From Okeania sp. (GTDB lineage: Bacteria > Cyanobacteriota > Cyanobacteriia > Cyanobacteriales > Microcoleaceae), in the NCBI RefSeq assembly GCF_035285525.1, contig NZ_JAYKGW010000244.1:1-32000 (forward strand): a DNA stretch of 32,000 nucleotides, written 5' to 3'. The position numbers and the translations under genes are program-made. The notes under the pieces are model-generated. The model saw only the letters and a list, made by a program, of their open reading frames with translations, made no database searches and was not told the DNA's origin. How positions within the stretch are numbered: position 1 is the stretch's first letter; the number at the start of each line of letters is the position of its first letter. Below, piece after piece: positions 7,806 to 16,402 of this stretch.

Positions 7806-7898
7806 GAAAAATCAGCGCTTTTTGGGCGCATAGTTAGGCAAAAAAATTACTCCCTACCTCCCTACCTCCCTATCTCCCCATCACCCTATCTCCCTATC
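7806..7898. repeat. Dispersed repeat (family E) ending in an octamer array (TCCCTACC/TCCCTATC/TCCCCATC x6) that contains the mysD stop codon
   Basis: The octamer units run from 7851 to about 7898, and the TAG stop of 7894..8997 (7894-7896) lies inside the last units. The reverse complement (GGAGATAGGGTGATGGGGAG...GGGAGTAATTTTTTTGCC.AACTATGC) recurs at 19088-19135 and 20268-20330. Confidence 0.8.
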
Positions 7899-8997
7899 TC
7901 TCCACAACTCTATTGACATACTTAAACGTAGAACCACCCGCAACCCGAGTTCGTTTAGCTGCCACAGTCCACAACTCCAAAGCAATATCCTCAAAACTTT
8001 GCCCATCAGCTTCAAGCATCCGCGAAATCATGCTAATTTTCCCAAAAGCCCAAAATAAACCTGCTTCGAGCAAATATGGCTCATTGGTTTCCTCATGTAC
8101 CCGAAAGTCATACAAAGAATAATCGCGACAGCCCAAGGCAATATGAGCTGTTTTCGCTGCATTCGCTACTTTTTCAAATAACTCTGGGGTAACATTTGCC
8201 GGACAAACTTGTTTAGCTACAGGTTTCTCAGGTTGCTTTTCGGGAGTGCCGTCTGATCCTAGTTCTAATTTATCATGTAAAGTTCTAATCGGGTTTTCCT
8301 TTGTAACCAAATATTCTATCATTGGTAAGACTTGCCATTCACCCTTGCGCTCAACTACACCAACACGCAATTCTCTTCCCGGAATGTAATCTTCAACTAA
8401 CAAAGTATCATCTAGCTCAAACCCTTTATCTAATGCTGCTTCTATTCCAGTTTCATCCCATACCAATGTTATCCCTAGAGAATTATCTTCTGAAGTTGGC
8501 TTAACTACAAAAGGAGGCTTCATGGTTACAGTATCTCCCCGTCGTAGTTGCTGTGCTTTAGCTACTTGTACTCCAGACACTGAGACAATGTTGCGTGTGT
8601 GAGCTTTGTTAGTAGCTAGTGCCGTACAATGAGATGCCGAACCAACTACAGGTATACCTAGCATATCCTCGAAAAATGCTCGGAAACTGGTCATCCCAGG
8701 AAAGCAAAACATGTGTGGAATTACAACATCAATTTCAGGTAGTCGGGGAATCATGTCTTGAAATGATATTTTCTCAGACAATGAATCTAAGGATGCTCCC
8801 AACTGCCAAAAACCATCTGGATGTACGACTGCATAATAACTACTAACACCAACTGGTTGCACTACTTCTTTGGCGTAGAGTATTGATAAGTTGTAATAAA
8901 AGTTAGATACACGGGAACCTGCGAGGTGCAAGACTCGTAATGTAACCGTTGTGTCTGAGGACAGATGTTGATTTTGATTCACTATTTCTGATTTCAT
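7894..8997 (-). CDS. mysD: D-Ala-D-Ala-ligase-like ATP-grasp enzyme, MysD-type (adds the second amino acid to mycosporine-glycine)
   Basis: 367-aa ORF with a Ddl-like ATP-grasp layout (LRVLHLAGS...; GIPVVGS; FVVKP..EDNSLGI; EDYIPGRELRVGV). It is co-oriented with mysA/B/C, and no NRPS-type mysE is present. The assignment rests on family resemblance plus cluster context. Confidence 0.8.
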   Translation of the reverse strand: MKSEIVNQNQHLSSDTTVTLRVLHLAGSRVSNFYYNLSILYAKEVVQPVGVSSYYAVVHPDGFWQLGASLDSLSEKISFQDMIPRLPEIDVVIPHMFCFPGMTSFRAFFEDMLGIPVVGSASHCTALATNKAHTRNIVSVSGVQVAKAQQLRRGDTVTMKPPFVVKPTSEDNSLGITLVWDETGIEAALDKGFELDDTLLVEDYIPGRELRVGVVERKGEWQVLPMIEYLVTKENPIRTLHDKLELGSDGTPEKQPEKPVAKQVCPANVTPELFEKVANAAKTAHIALGCRDYSLYDFRVHEETNEPYLLEAGLFWAFGKISMISRMLEADGQSFEDIALELWTVAAKRTRVAGGSTFKYVNRVVER

Positions 8998-9030
8998 AAC
9001 TAAATTATTCTGTATTGTTTTGATTAAAAA

Positions 9031-9092
9031 AGGAACCCAGAAACCCGGTTTCTTTGTTCTGGTAGAAACCGAGTTTCTTTGCGTAAGTCCTG
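9031..9092. mobile_element. Family-A MITE occupying about two-thirds of the 95-bp spacer between the DMT transporter gene and mysD
   Basis: AGGAACCCAGAAACCCGGTTTCTTTGTTCTGGTAGAAACCGAGTTTCTTTGCGTAAGTCCTG; the 3' terminus TGCGTAAGTCCT is the family TIR. Confidence 0.75.
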
Positions 9093-10073
9093 TTAATTAG
9101 AAGACTTAATTTCTGGATTTACAGAAGATCTACTAGAGATTGCCAAAGACATTCCCAATAAAATTATCATAAAACTTACCAAAGTTGAGAAGTTAAGATT
9201 TTCTGAGAAGATTACCCAACCTTCTACTGCACTGAGAAAGGGAATAAATAATGCAGTCAAGCTAGTAAACCCAGGAGATAATTTTTTCAGACAATATACC
9301 CAAAGTCCTATGCCTAGCATTTGACTAATAAGAGCTTGACCAATAACTGAAAGCCAACCACTTAATGAACTGGGAAAAAGTTGATCCTCAGTAATTAGAA
9401 CTACAGGTAATAGTAATAATGCACTTGTTGTTGAAGACCAGGACATAATTGTCACTGGGCTAAACTGGTTACGAAGTTGCTTAATAATGAGCGGGTGTAT
9501 GCCAAAAAATACTGCTGAAAGCAAGGCTGCTAAATCTCCTAATAGTTCTGCACTCATTCTCAATGAGAAAAGGTCATTTACATCTAACAAAGCAGAACCA
9601 AAAATTGTGACAAACATACCTAACATAAATCGGCGATCGACGGTTTGACTCAAAGCTAACCATCCTCCTAGAACAGTAAAAATTGGCACCAAATTATGAA
9701 TAAGAGTAGAGTGAGCAATACTTGTCTGAGTTAAAGACCAAGCCCAAAACATCAAACCAATGGATAAAATAACCCCATCTGCTATCAGTAGTTTGGCTGC
9801 CTTAGCTAGATGGGGTTTCTCTGATTCAATTTGAGTCTCATTTTTTCGTTTTCGGTAATGGATGGTTATAAATCTACTTAGTAGCCCAAAAGCAATAGCT
9901 GCAATCCAAAAACGATTGAATATTGTAGCATTCGGACTGAGATCATATTCGCTTAAACGGATGAAAATTGGTGAAAAAGATAGACAGATTAGACCACCAA
10001 ATAATGCAGCTAAGGAGTCTATCGGTAATAACGATAAATGGTTAAATTGTAATGCTTTAGCTTGAGTGTTCAT
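9093..10073 (-). CDS. DMT-superfamily (EamA-like) permease
   Basis: 326-aa polytopic membrane protein with about ten hydrophobic segments in two similar halves. This is typical of EamA-domain metabolite exporters. Confidence 0.8.
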   Translation of the reverse strand: MNTQAKALQFNHLSLLPIDSLAALFGGLICLSFSPIFIRLSEYDLSPNATIFNRFWIAAIAFGLLSRFITIHYRKRKNETQIESEKPHLAKAAKLLIADGVILSIGLMFWAWSLTQTSIAHSTLIHNLVPIFTVLGGWLALSQTVDRRFMLGMFVTIFGSALLDVNDLFSLRMSAELLGDLAALLSAVFFGIHPLIIKQLRNQFSPVTIMSWSSTTSALLLLPVVLITEDQLFPSSLSGWLSVIGQALISQMLGIGLWVYCLKKLSPGFTSLTALFIPFLSAVEGWVIFSENLNFSTLVSFMIILLGMSLAISSRSSVNPEIKSSN

Positions 10074-10423
10074 TTTTCTCCTGATATCATGTCCGGTTGA
10101 ATAGTTACATTTCGGACGAAGGAAGGCAGCTATGCTGAATGCAGAAGCTTTTCTACTATTTTTACCTTGATTTTATACACCCACGGTGCCCGAAAAATCA
10201 GATGCTAACTGACATGATATGATTTATAAAATTAACAAAAATAAAATCAATTTTGATCGGTAAATTACAGCGGGTTCCAGTTTGGTGAGGTATAGCAATG
10301 TGCGCACTTAATATTTAAATATTATTTTTTGTACACTTTGTCTAGAATCGACTTTGAGCTGGGCTTTGTAAATACCTGATCGCTCATTCCTATACATCCG
10401 CGCGAGCAAAATGTACTGTTCCC

Positions 10424-11842
10424 CTACTCTCTACTCCCTAAATTTGCAATTCCATAAACAATAAAACCTGCTGCCATACCAGGAAATACTTCATAAATAG
10501 CACTTGATAAGTTAAGTCCTACATTCCAGATAATAGAAACGACTATACCAGTAATCATCATTGTTATTGCCACTGGCAAGCTTACAGGTTTTTGCCATAC
10601 CCGCAATACCAATAACGGACCTAAACCACAAGCTAAAACTGACCAAGAAAAAATTACCAAACCAAATACACTCTTGTTTGCTGTGAGAGCGATCGCCAAC
10701 ACAATACCACTAACAAGTAGGGTAGCAATTTTAACTTTCCTATAAGATTGAGTAGCACGGGGAACTAAATCTTGACTGAGAGCAGCAGAACATGATAATA
10801 TTTGGGAATCTGCTGTGGAAATAGCTGCTGAAAAAAGTCCTGCTAACATCAAACCTATCAAAATTGTTGGCAATAATTCTATGGATAAATTCGGTAATGC
10901 TAATTCTGGGTCTCCAGATGTCATTAAGTCAGGCAACAAAACTCTGGCAGTTAGTCCTATACCAAAAGCTGTAGCAGAATTCATTTGACCGCAGATAAAT
11001 TTTATGTTACGAGCTAAGGCTACATTATCTGCGGAGTCTATTGCCATTCCTCTCACCAATATATGAGGTTGACCAACTGCACCAAACCCTGCGACTACCC
11101 ATCCCAAAAAGTAAGGAACAAATCCCCAACGTAAATTAGCAGGTATCCAGTTTGTCAAGTTAGGATCGATAGCATTAAGTTTGACCCAAAGTTCTCCAAA
11201 TCCTCCACAGGCAATTAAACTTACGATAAACAGAACCCACAAAGACCCGATCATTAAAACTGCTTGCACGGAGTCAGTCCAGATAGAAGCTCGGATACCT
11301 CCTGCAAAACAGTAGGCTACCACAATTACAGATCCAATAATAATCCCTACTTGATAGTTCCACCCAAATATGGCATTCAATCCTTTGCTTGCTGCTACCA
11401 GTTGAGCTGAGGCATAAGTACCGAGAAATACTATGATGATTAAGGCTGAAATTATTCTAATCCAGCGCCCCTGATTTTTCTGCCCCTGATTTTCTTGACC
11501 TAAAAATGAAGAAACTGTATCCGAATTTGTTTCCTGAGAAACTAACCTCAACCTCCTAAATATTAACCACCAAGCAATATAGTCTCCTATCGCCCAAGCT
11601 ATGGGTATCCAAATAGAAGCAAATCCCACCTTGTAGGTAAAACCAATTACGCCAATAAACAGATATCCACTTTGACCTGTTGCCATTGCTGATAGTGCTG
11701 TTAACCAGGGATTGACATTTCTACTTGCTAGTAAGTAATCTGTTGTTGTGTTTTGTTTTTGGGTTGCCGAATATATACCAACTAATGTAAATGACAGTAA
11801 AAAGGCAATAAATGTTATGGCAATCCAAATTTGTTTTTCCAT
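10424..11842 (-). CDS. Sodium:solute symporter family (SSS, PutP-like) transporter
   Basis: 472-aa polytopic protein with SSS hallmarks as I recall them from PutP-type proteins: DYLLASRN..PWLTALSAMATGQSGYLF, GGIRASIWTDSVQ, GQPHILVRGMA, AAISTADSQILSCSAALSQDL. Confidence 0.85.
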   Translation of the reverse strand: MEKQIWIAITFIAFLLSFTLVGIYSATQKQNTTTDYLLASRNVNPWLTALSAMATGQSGYLFIGVIGFTYKVGFASIWIPIAWAIGDYIAWWLIFRRLRLVSQETNSDTVSSFLGQENQGQKNQGRWIRIISALIIIVFLGTYASAQLVAASKGLNAIFGWNYQVGIIIGSVIVVAYCFAGGIRASIWTDSVQAVLMIGSLWVLFIVSLIACGGFGELWVKLNAIDPNLTNWIPANLRWGFVPYFLGWVVAGFGAVGQPHILVRGMAIDSADNVALARNIKFICGQMNSATAFGIGLTARVLLPDLMTSGDPELALPNLSIELLPTILIGLMLAGLFSAAISTADSQILSCSAALSQDLVPRATQSYRKVKIATLLVSGIVLAIALTANKSVFGLVIFSWSVLACGLGPLLVLRVWQKPVSLPVAITMMITGIVVSIIWNVGLNLSSAIYEVFPGMAAGFIVYGIANLGSRE

Positions 11843-12008
11843 AATTTTAGGTCAATTGCTAGGGAAAACTCAGGATTGACATCCTCTCCTTTTCAAACCA
11901 AATTTATTCTAGCATCGAAAATTAAAGTTTAATAAAAAAACTATAAATTATATTTTTTTTCTTAATTTACTTTTTATTAAATGAAAAACAAATTAGCTTT
12001 GATATAAA

Positions 12009-12110
12009 CAGGACTTACGCAAAGAAACCCGGTTTCTACGAGAAATTGTTGTTTTGAACAGTAAGAATCTAGGAGAAACCAGAAACCCGGTTTCGCGTGG
12101 CTTTAGTCCC
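12009..12110. mobile_element. Family-A MITE
   Basis: CAGGACTTACGCAAAGAAACCCGGTTTCTAC...GGAGAAACCAGAAACCCGGTTTCGCGTGGCTTTAGTCC. Confidence 0.75.
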
Positions 12111-12243
12111 GATCAAATCAATCTGTTTTTTTAGCGATCGCTCTATGATTACTAATTTTTGAATATGTACCTCACAATAACAGAAATCACTAGCTCTAGT
12201 AGGTTTGGTTAAGGTACGAAACAAGGGCAAAAATTTTGTGTAT

Positions 12244-12305
12244 TAGGGTGGGTTTATATAAACCTTAGAATAAGCATGAAAATTTCCGATCAAACCCGCC
12301 CCTAC
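12244..12305. mobile_element. Family-C hairpin MITE
   Basis: TAGGGTGGGTTTATATAAACCTTAGAATAAGCATGAAAATTTCCGATCAAACCCGCCCCTAC is collinear with the unit at 72-134. Confidence 0.85.
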
Positions 12306-12321
12306 ATATTGCACCATTTTA

Positions 12322-12532
12322 GCAGACGTAGTAAATTAATAATTAGAAATAGTTTTAACTACCAATTGTTAATTATTAATAATTAATTATTTAATCTCCC
12401 CCCAATTCTAGCAGCAGACGTAGGTTGGGTTTCGTACCTCAACCCAACATTAGTAAATTAATAATTAGAAATAGCTTTAACTACCAATTATTAATTATTA
12501 ATTATTAATTATTTAATCTCCCCCCAATTCTA
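12322..12532. repeat. Tandem duplication of the mysC 3' end plus downstream sequence (copy A 12322-12410, copy B 12414-12532)
   Basis: Both copies run GCAGACGTAG...TAAATTAATAATTAGAAATAG.TTTAACTACCAATT.TTAATTATTAAT...ATTTAATCTCCCCCCAATTCTA. The last 20 nt (12391-12410 and 12513-12532) encode ELGGD-stop of mysC. Copy B carries an extra ~30-bp hairpin GTTGGGTTTCGTACCTCAACCCAAC flanked by TAG on both sides. (TTAATTA)n heptamers are expanded in copy B. Confidence 0.9.
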
Positions 12533-13877
12533 CCAGTTTTCCAATATTAAAATCAATTCTAATCCACCCTTTTAACTTTGGCAAATTACCTAATAAAAGT
12601 AAAGGAATTTGCCAGTGGTGAACCATTAAAAATGGTAAAGGATCGCTAACTTGAAAAATACCATCTGTTCCTTGATTAATTCTTTGAATCCAAGCCTTGA
12701 ATTGTGCTAATGACTTAATCCCTGTCAATCTCCATAATTCATGGTAAGTCCAATAAGTAGGTTTACTATTTGGCAGCGGAATTATTGCAGATTCATTCTC
12801 ATTTTCACTATCTTTTAAATAAGCATTCGCCACCCCTGGATGGTCGTGAAAAGTTGTAATAGCTGAGTGAGTTCTAGGATTACATTCTAAAGGAAAAACT
12901 CGACCATCTTCTGTTTGAATAAAATCAAAAGACATTTGCCCAGTAATATTTAATTCCCCTACAAATTTCTTTACCCAATCATAAATTTGCGGATTATCAA
13001 CATGGTCATAATTTACTTGAAATTCTGATGATTCACAACAGCAATAGACTCTAAGTTTCCCTTTTCTGACAGTGCTATGGGTACAATATTCTTTACCTTT
13101 AATAAACTCTTGCATAATCCAAGGTTGCTCTTCACTAATAGGCAAACTTTTGAGAAATTGTTCCATTTCTGCTTTGGAATCCATAGGCAATTTTGTCAAA
13201 TTTAAACGCAGCACTGAATTGTAAGGAATGCTTTTCAAAATATATCTACTTCCATCAGCAGCAAAGTCAAAATTAAGAACTTGTTCTGGGTCTGTAATTA
13301 AAAAAGATTTAGGTACAGACAAACCAAAACTTTTAGCTTTTTCGATAAAAGTAAACTTATTATCTAACATTTCAGTAATCTCAGTATCAAAGTGCAAAAC
13401 TTCACAATGTTCAGATAAAAGAGGTTTTGCTAAAGATTCATAATAGCTTCCTGCTGGACTAGATACAGGAATAAATACATCTATATTTTCTTTTTTGACA
13501 ATATCTAATAATCCCTGACAATAACCATCCCAATCTTTCTCAGGTGCAGGTATTGTATAGAAACCTGTAACAGCATTAGAAAATCTATTTCCTGATAACC
13601 AATATTTATTTGCTTCTAGGATAAAAACTTTATGACCTGCTGCATGAAATGAACGGGCAAGTTGCAAACATTTTGCCATTTTTGCCCCTGTAATTAAGAT
13701 ATTTTTCGGATTTTCTGCTACTACTTTTTTGGTAAATGGTAGACTTATAAAATTCCAGATAAGTGAAGGTATTACCTTCAATAAATTAAATGGTAAAAGA
13801 ACTAATAATAAAATAATAGTTCCGATATTTTGGAACAGTGCATAAGCACGTCCCTGAATAAATAATATTAGTGCCAT
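12513..13877 (-). CDS. mysC: ATP-grasp ligase MysC (4-deoxygadusol + glycine -> mycosporine-glycine)
   Basis: 454-aa ORF with a hydrophobic N-terminal segment. ILITGAKMAKCLQLARSFHAAGHKV, CNPRTHSAIT and the C-terminus IDFNIGKLVELGGD match my recollection of characterised MysC proteins (Anabaena variabilis Ava_3856, Nostoc punctiforme NpR5598). Confidence 0.9.
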   Translation of the reverse strand: MALILFIQGRAYALFQNIGTIILLLVLLPFNLLKVIPSLIWNFISLPFTKKVVAENPKNILITGAKMAKCLQLARSFHAAGHKVFILEANKYWLSGNRFSNAVTGFYTIPAPEKDWDGYCQGLLDIVKKENIDVFIPVSSPAGSYYESLAKPLLSEHCEVLHFDTEITEMLDNKFTFIEKAKSFGLSVPKSFLITDPEQVLNFDFAADGSRYILKSIPYNSVLRLNLTKLPMDSKAEMEQFLKSLPISEEQPWIMQEFIKGKEYCTHSTVRKGKLRVYCCCESSEFQVNYDHVDNPQIYDWVKKFVGELNITGQMSFDFIQTEDGRVFPLECNPRTHSAITTFHDHPGVANAYLKDSENENESAIIPLPNSKPTYWTYHELWRLTGIKSLAQFKAWIQRINQGTDGIFQVSDPLPFLMVHHWQIPLLLLGNLPKLKGWIRIDFNIGKLVELGGD

Positions 13878-13916
13878 ATTAGTAGTTTTATAGAAATAAA
13901 AAAAAGTTAAAAATAT

Positions 13917-14020
13917 CAGGACTTACGCACACCAAACCCAGAAACCCGGTACGAGGGTAGATGTTTATAGTTCAAAACAACGGTTTGTCCTAGAAACCGG
14001 GTTTCCCATGCGTAAGTCCT
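13917..14020. mobile_element. Family-A MITE with clean 12-nt TIR
   Basis: CAGGACTTACGCACACCAAACCCAGAAACCCGG...CTAGAAACCGGGTTTCCCATGCGTAAGTCCT. Confidence 0.85.
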
Positions 14021-14096
14021 AAATATATGATTGTGTAAGCATGCAGCCGTCAGCTAGCTACTGGTAGTCCATTATTTTATCTTAAATAATGCAATA

Positions 14097-14158
14097 GTAG
14101 GGGCGGGTTTGATCAGAAATTTTTCTGCTTACTCTAGGATTTATATAAACCCGCCCCT
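14097..14158. mobile_element. Family-C hairpin MITE (inverted orientation)
   Basis: GTAGGGGCGGGTTTGATCAGAAATTTTTCTGCTTACTCTAGGATTTATATAAACCCGCCCCT is the reverse complement of the 72-134 type. A partial GGGGCGGGTTGATC follows at 14178-14191. Confidence 0.85.
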
Positions 14159-14407
14159 GAAACGGCAGCCTATATCATGGGGCGGGTTGATCTGACTTAA
14201 TGCGTGAAAACTCGTTAACTTTCGTTATGATTTTTCGGGAACCGTAACCCGCTTCTACAGAACCTGATTCCCTAATGCACCATTTCAGGCGTGTCAGTCG
14301 AGTAGGGTTTGTTTTCGGCCTTTGAGCCGACATGAAACGCTGCGCGACATGAAAAGCGTTGGCGCAGCATTCCCCAAGAAAACGTAACACACCAATCAAA
14401 TATATCA

Positions 14408-14929
14408 TGACTAAAGCCATGAATGCTATTATTAGGGTGTGTTTTGCGTTCCGCAAAGCTCCGCTTTATATGTCGGCTCAAGCGCCGAAACGCTACGCGA
14501 CATGTGAAGCGCACAACGCACAACGCACCCACACATTATATATAGTACCTTTGCCTAAGTCCTGATATATAGAGTTGTTGCGTAAGTCCTAAAATATATG
14601 ATTTAGGACTTACGCACGAACACTATTTTTAGGGTGCGTTTTGCGTTCCGCAAAGCTCCGCTTTATATGTCGTCTCAAGCGCCGAAACGCTACGGGACAT
14701 GGAAAGTATATCTCGTAACTGAGCAAGACTCTATATATAGTGCCTCCCGTGTAAGTCCTGAATATATGATTTAGGACTTACGCATGAACGCTATTATTAG
14801 GGTGTGTTTTGCGTTCCGCAAAGCTCCGCTTTATATGTCGGCTCAAGCGCCGAAAGGCTGCACGACATGAAAAGCGCACAAAGCACAAAGCACCAAGACT
14901 CTATATATAGTGCCTCCCGTATAAGTCCT
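14408..14929. mobile_element. Three head-to-tail copies of a ~160-bp MITE (family B; ends AGGACTTACGCA / ..GT.TAAGTCCT)
   Basis: The copies lie at about 14408-14563, 14605-14759 and 14773-14929. They share ..CTATT.TTAGGGTG.GTTTTGCGTTCCGCAAAGCTCCGCTTTATATGTCG.CTCAAGCGCCGAAA.GCT.C..GACATG.AAAG...CTATATATAGT.CCT. Copies are separated by the same short spacer A(A)ATATATGATTT. An inverted partial copy lies at about 14270-14360. Confidence 0.85.
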
Positions 14930-14996
14930 GTAATTGTAGGAATTTTCACAAGTAGCAGGAAAAATGCCCGCGTGGGTGTATTGAACCAAGGTAAAA

Positions 14997-15827
14997 CTAC
15001 TTTCGTCTAATAATAGTCACTCCATCTCTTAGAGGCAATAAAACTTGTTCTACTCTGGGGTCTTCTGCCACAAAACGATTAAATTGAGCGATCGCTTCAC
15101 CATTAGTAGTACGTTTTTCTGGAGGGAGATAAGGTTGTCCTTGGAGTAAAGTATTATCAACAAAAATAAACCCATTTGGTGCTAATAAACCTGTATCCAA
15201 GAGCATTTGAAAATATTCTATATACCCTCCTTTATCAGCATCAATAAACACTAAGTCAAAGGATTCTCCTGCATCTGCCAACTTTTTCATAGTTTCTATA
15301 GCTGGAGCAACTTCGATTGATATTTTACTACCATCAGGAGACTTGTCAAAACAAGCTCTAGCAAAGTCAGATACATATTGATCGACTTCACAAGCAACCA
15401 TTCGCCCATCTTCTGGTAATGCTTCTGCCATTGCTAATGCTGAATATCCAGTAAACATTCCGATTTCCAGAATACTTTTGGCTCCAGTCATATAAACAAA
15501 CATTTTTAAAGTTTGCCCCTCAATATGCCCAGATAACATTTCCTGTTCTAACTGACGTACAGTCTCACTATTAGAAAATCTTAAATTCCAGGGTTCTTGG
15601 CGAGTCTTTTCTGCTAATGCTGCCAAAGCAGTTGACTCTTGAGTAGTCATGTCCTCTATATAAGGGTCAAGACCTGCTCCTAATTCATAAGCTTCTTTAA
15701 TAGCATCAGCTAGCTCGGATGGTACTTCTATATTTTCTGCCATCTTGACAATTTTTTCAAGTTGCTGCACCAAAATACCTAATGGTGTAACTGGTCTGGC
15801 AGTTTCTGTATTTACAACGGTTGTCAT
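14997..15827 (-). CDS. mysB: SAM-dependent O-methyltransferase MysB (desmethyl-4-deoxygadusol -> 4-deoxygadusol)
   Basis: 276 aa. ARPVTPLGIL, LEQEMLSGHIEGQTLKMFV, LEIGMFTGYSALAMAEALPEDG, FDLVFIDADK, VDNTLLQG and VEQVLLPLRDGVTIIRR match my recollection of Ava_3857/NpR5599-type MysB (caffeoyl-CoA OMT-like fold). Confidence 0.92.
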   Translation of the reverse strand: MTTVVNTETARPVTPLGILVQQLEKIVKMAENIEVPSELADAIKEAYELGAGLDPYIEDMTTQESTALAALAEKTRQEPWNLRFSNSETVRQLEQEMLSGHIEGQTLKMFVYMTGAKSILEIGMFTGYSALAMAEALPEDGRMVACEVDQYVSDFARACFDKSPDGSKISIEVAPAIETMKKLADAGESFDLVFIDADKGGYIEYFQMLLDTGLLAPNGFIFVDNTLLQGQPYLPPEKRTTNGEAIAQFNRFVAEDPRVEQVLLPLRDGVTIIRRK

Positions 15828-15830
15828 TTC

Positions 15831-15851
15831 AGTTATTAGTTATTAGTTATT
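15831..15851. repeat. Heptamer array (AGTTATT)x3 immediately upstream of the mysB start codon
   Basis: AGTTATTAGTTATTAGTTATT begins 4 nt upstream of the mysB ATG (15825-15827) in gene orientation. A second heptamer array (GGGAGTA)x3 lies at 15881-15905. Confidence 0.85.
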
Positions 15852-16028
15852 AGTAGTGCATTAGACATCTCCAGAAAAGAGGGAGTAGGGAGTAGGGAGT
15901 AGGGGGAAAGAATAGATGATTTTCGTACGATAATTGATTTAATTTTTTATTTTTGGAGATGTCTATTGTTTCACCTAAAATAGTGCAATAGCTTTTTTTG
16001 TGACCCCATCCCCCCATCTCCCCATTTT

Positions 16029-16147
16029 CTAATGCACCATTTAAGATGACACAGTCCAGTAGGGTGTGTTTCGCTACGCGACATGAAAAGCGCACTTCAT
16101 AACGCAACTACACACTATATGTAGTACATTTCTTTGCATAAGTCCTG
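16029..16147. mobile_element. Family-B-related MITE copy
   Basis: CTAATGCACCATTTAAGATGACACAGTCCAGTAGGGTGTGTTTCGCTACGCGACATGAAAAGCGCAC...CACACTATATGTAGTACATTTCTTTGCATAAGTCCTG is collinear with 26806-26917 and the 14408-14929 copies. Confidence 0.75.
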
Positions 16148-16402
16148 TTACTCTAAACCTAGATCGCTGCTCTATCAAACTTACACAAAAAGTCACATAG
16201 TGTGACAATTTGATACTTACTCACCTGCTGTACGGACGTTGCATAACAAAAATGCGAACGTCCCTACTGAGGCCGTCGGCGGTTTCTCACCCACAGACAT
16301 TCACGGTCCTTTGATCCGCAACGCTAGTGCGAAGGGAGTCAGCGGAGCGTAGCTCTGGCCGACCGCATCTCTCGCTATTTATACTTGCGTTTAAATCTCT
16401 AG

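Noticed and set aside
1373-8997. Functional coupling of the Calx-beta/PPC proteins to the MAA cluster (e.g. extracellular MAA-binding matrix proteins)
   Set aside because: The only link is adjacency. The genes are on the opposite strand, convergent with mysD, and separated by repeat elements. Nothing in the sequence supports a mechanistic link.
7913-13443. Short ORFs opposite mysD (7913.., 8322.., 8619..), the DMT gene (9862..10065) and mysC (13228..13443)
   Set aside because: They are shadow ORFs antisense to well-supported genes.
14175-16107. ORFs 14175..14456, 14272..14532, 14359..14565, 14804..15010 and 15850..16107
   Set aside because: They are built entirely from MITE/repeat sequence that recurs elsewhere in the window. 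The translations are Arg/Cys/His-rich nonsense, and none has a plausible ribosome-binding context.
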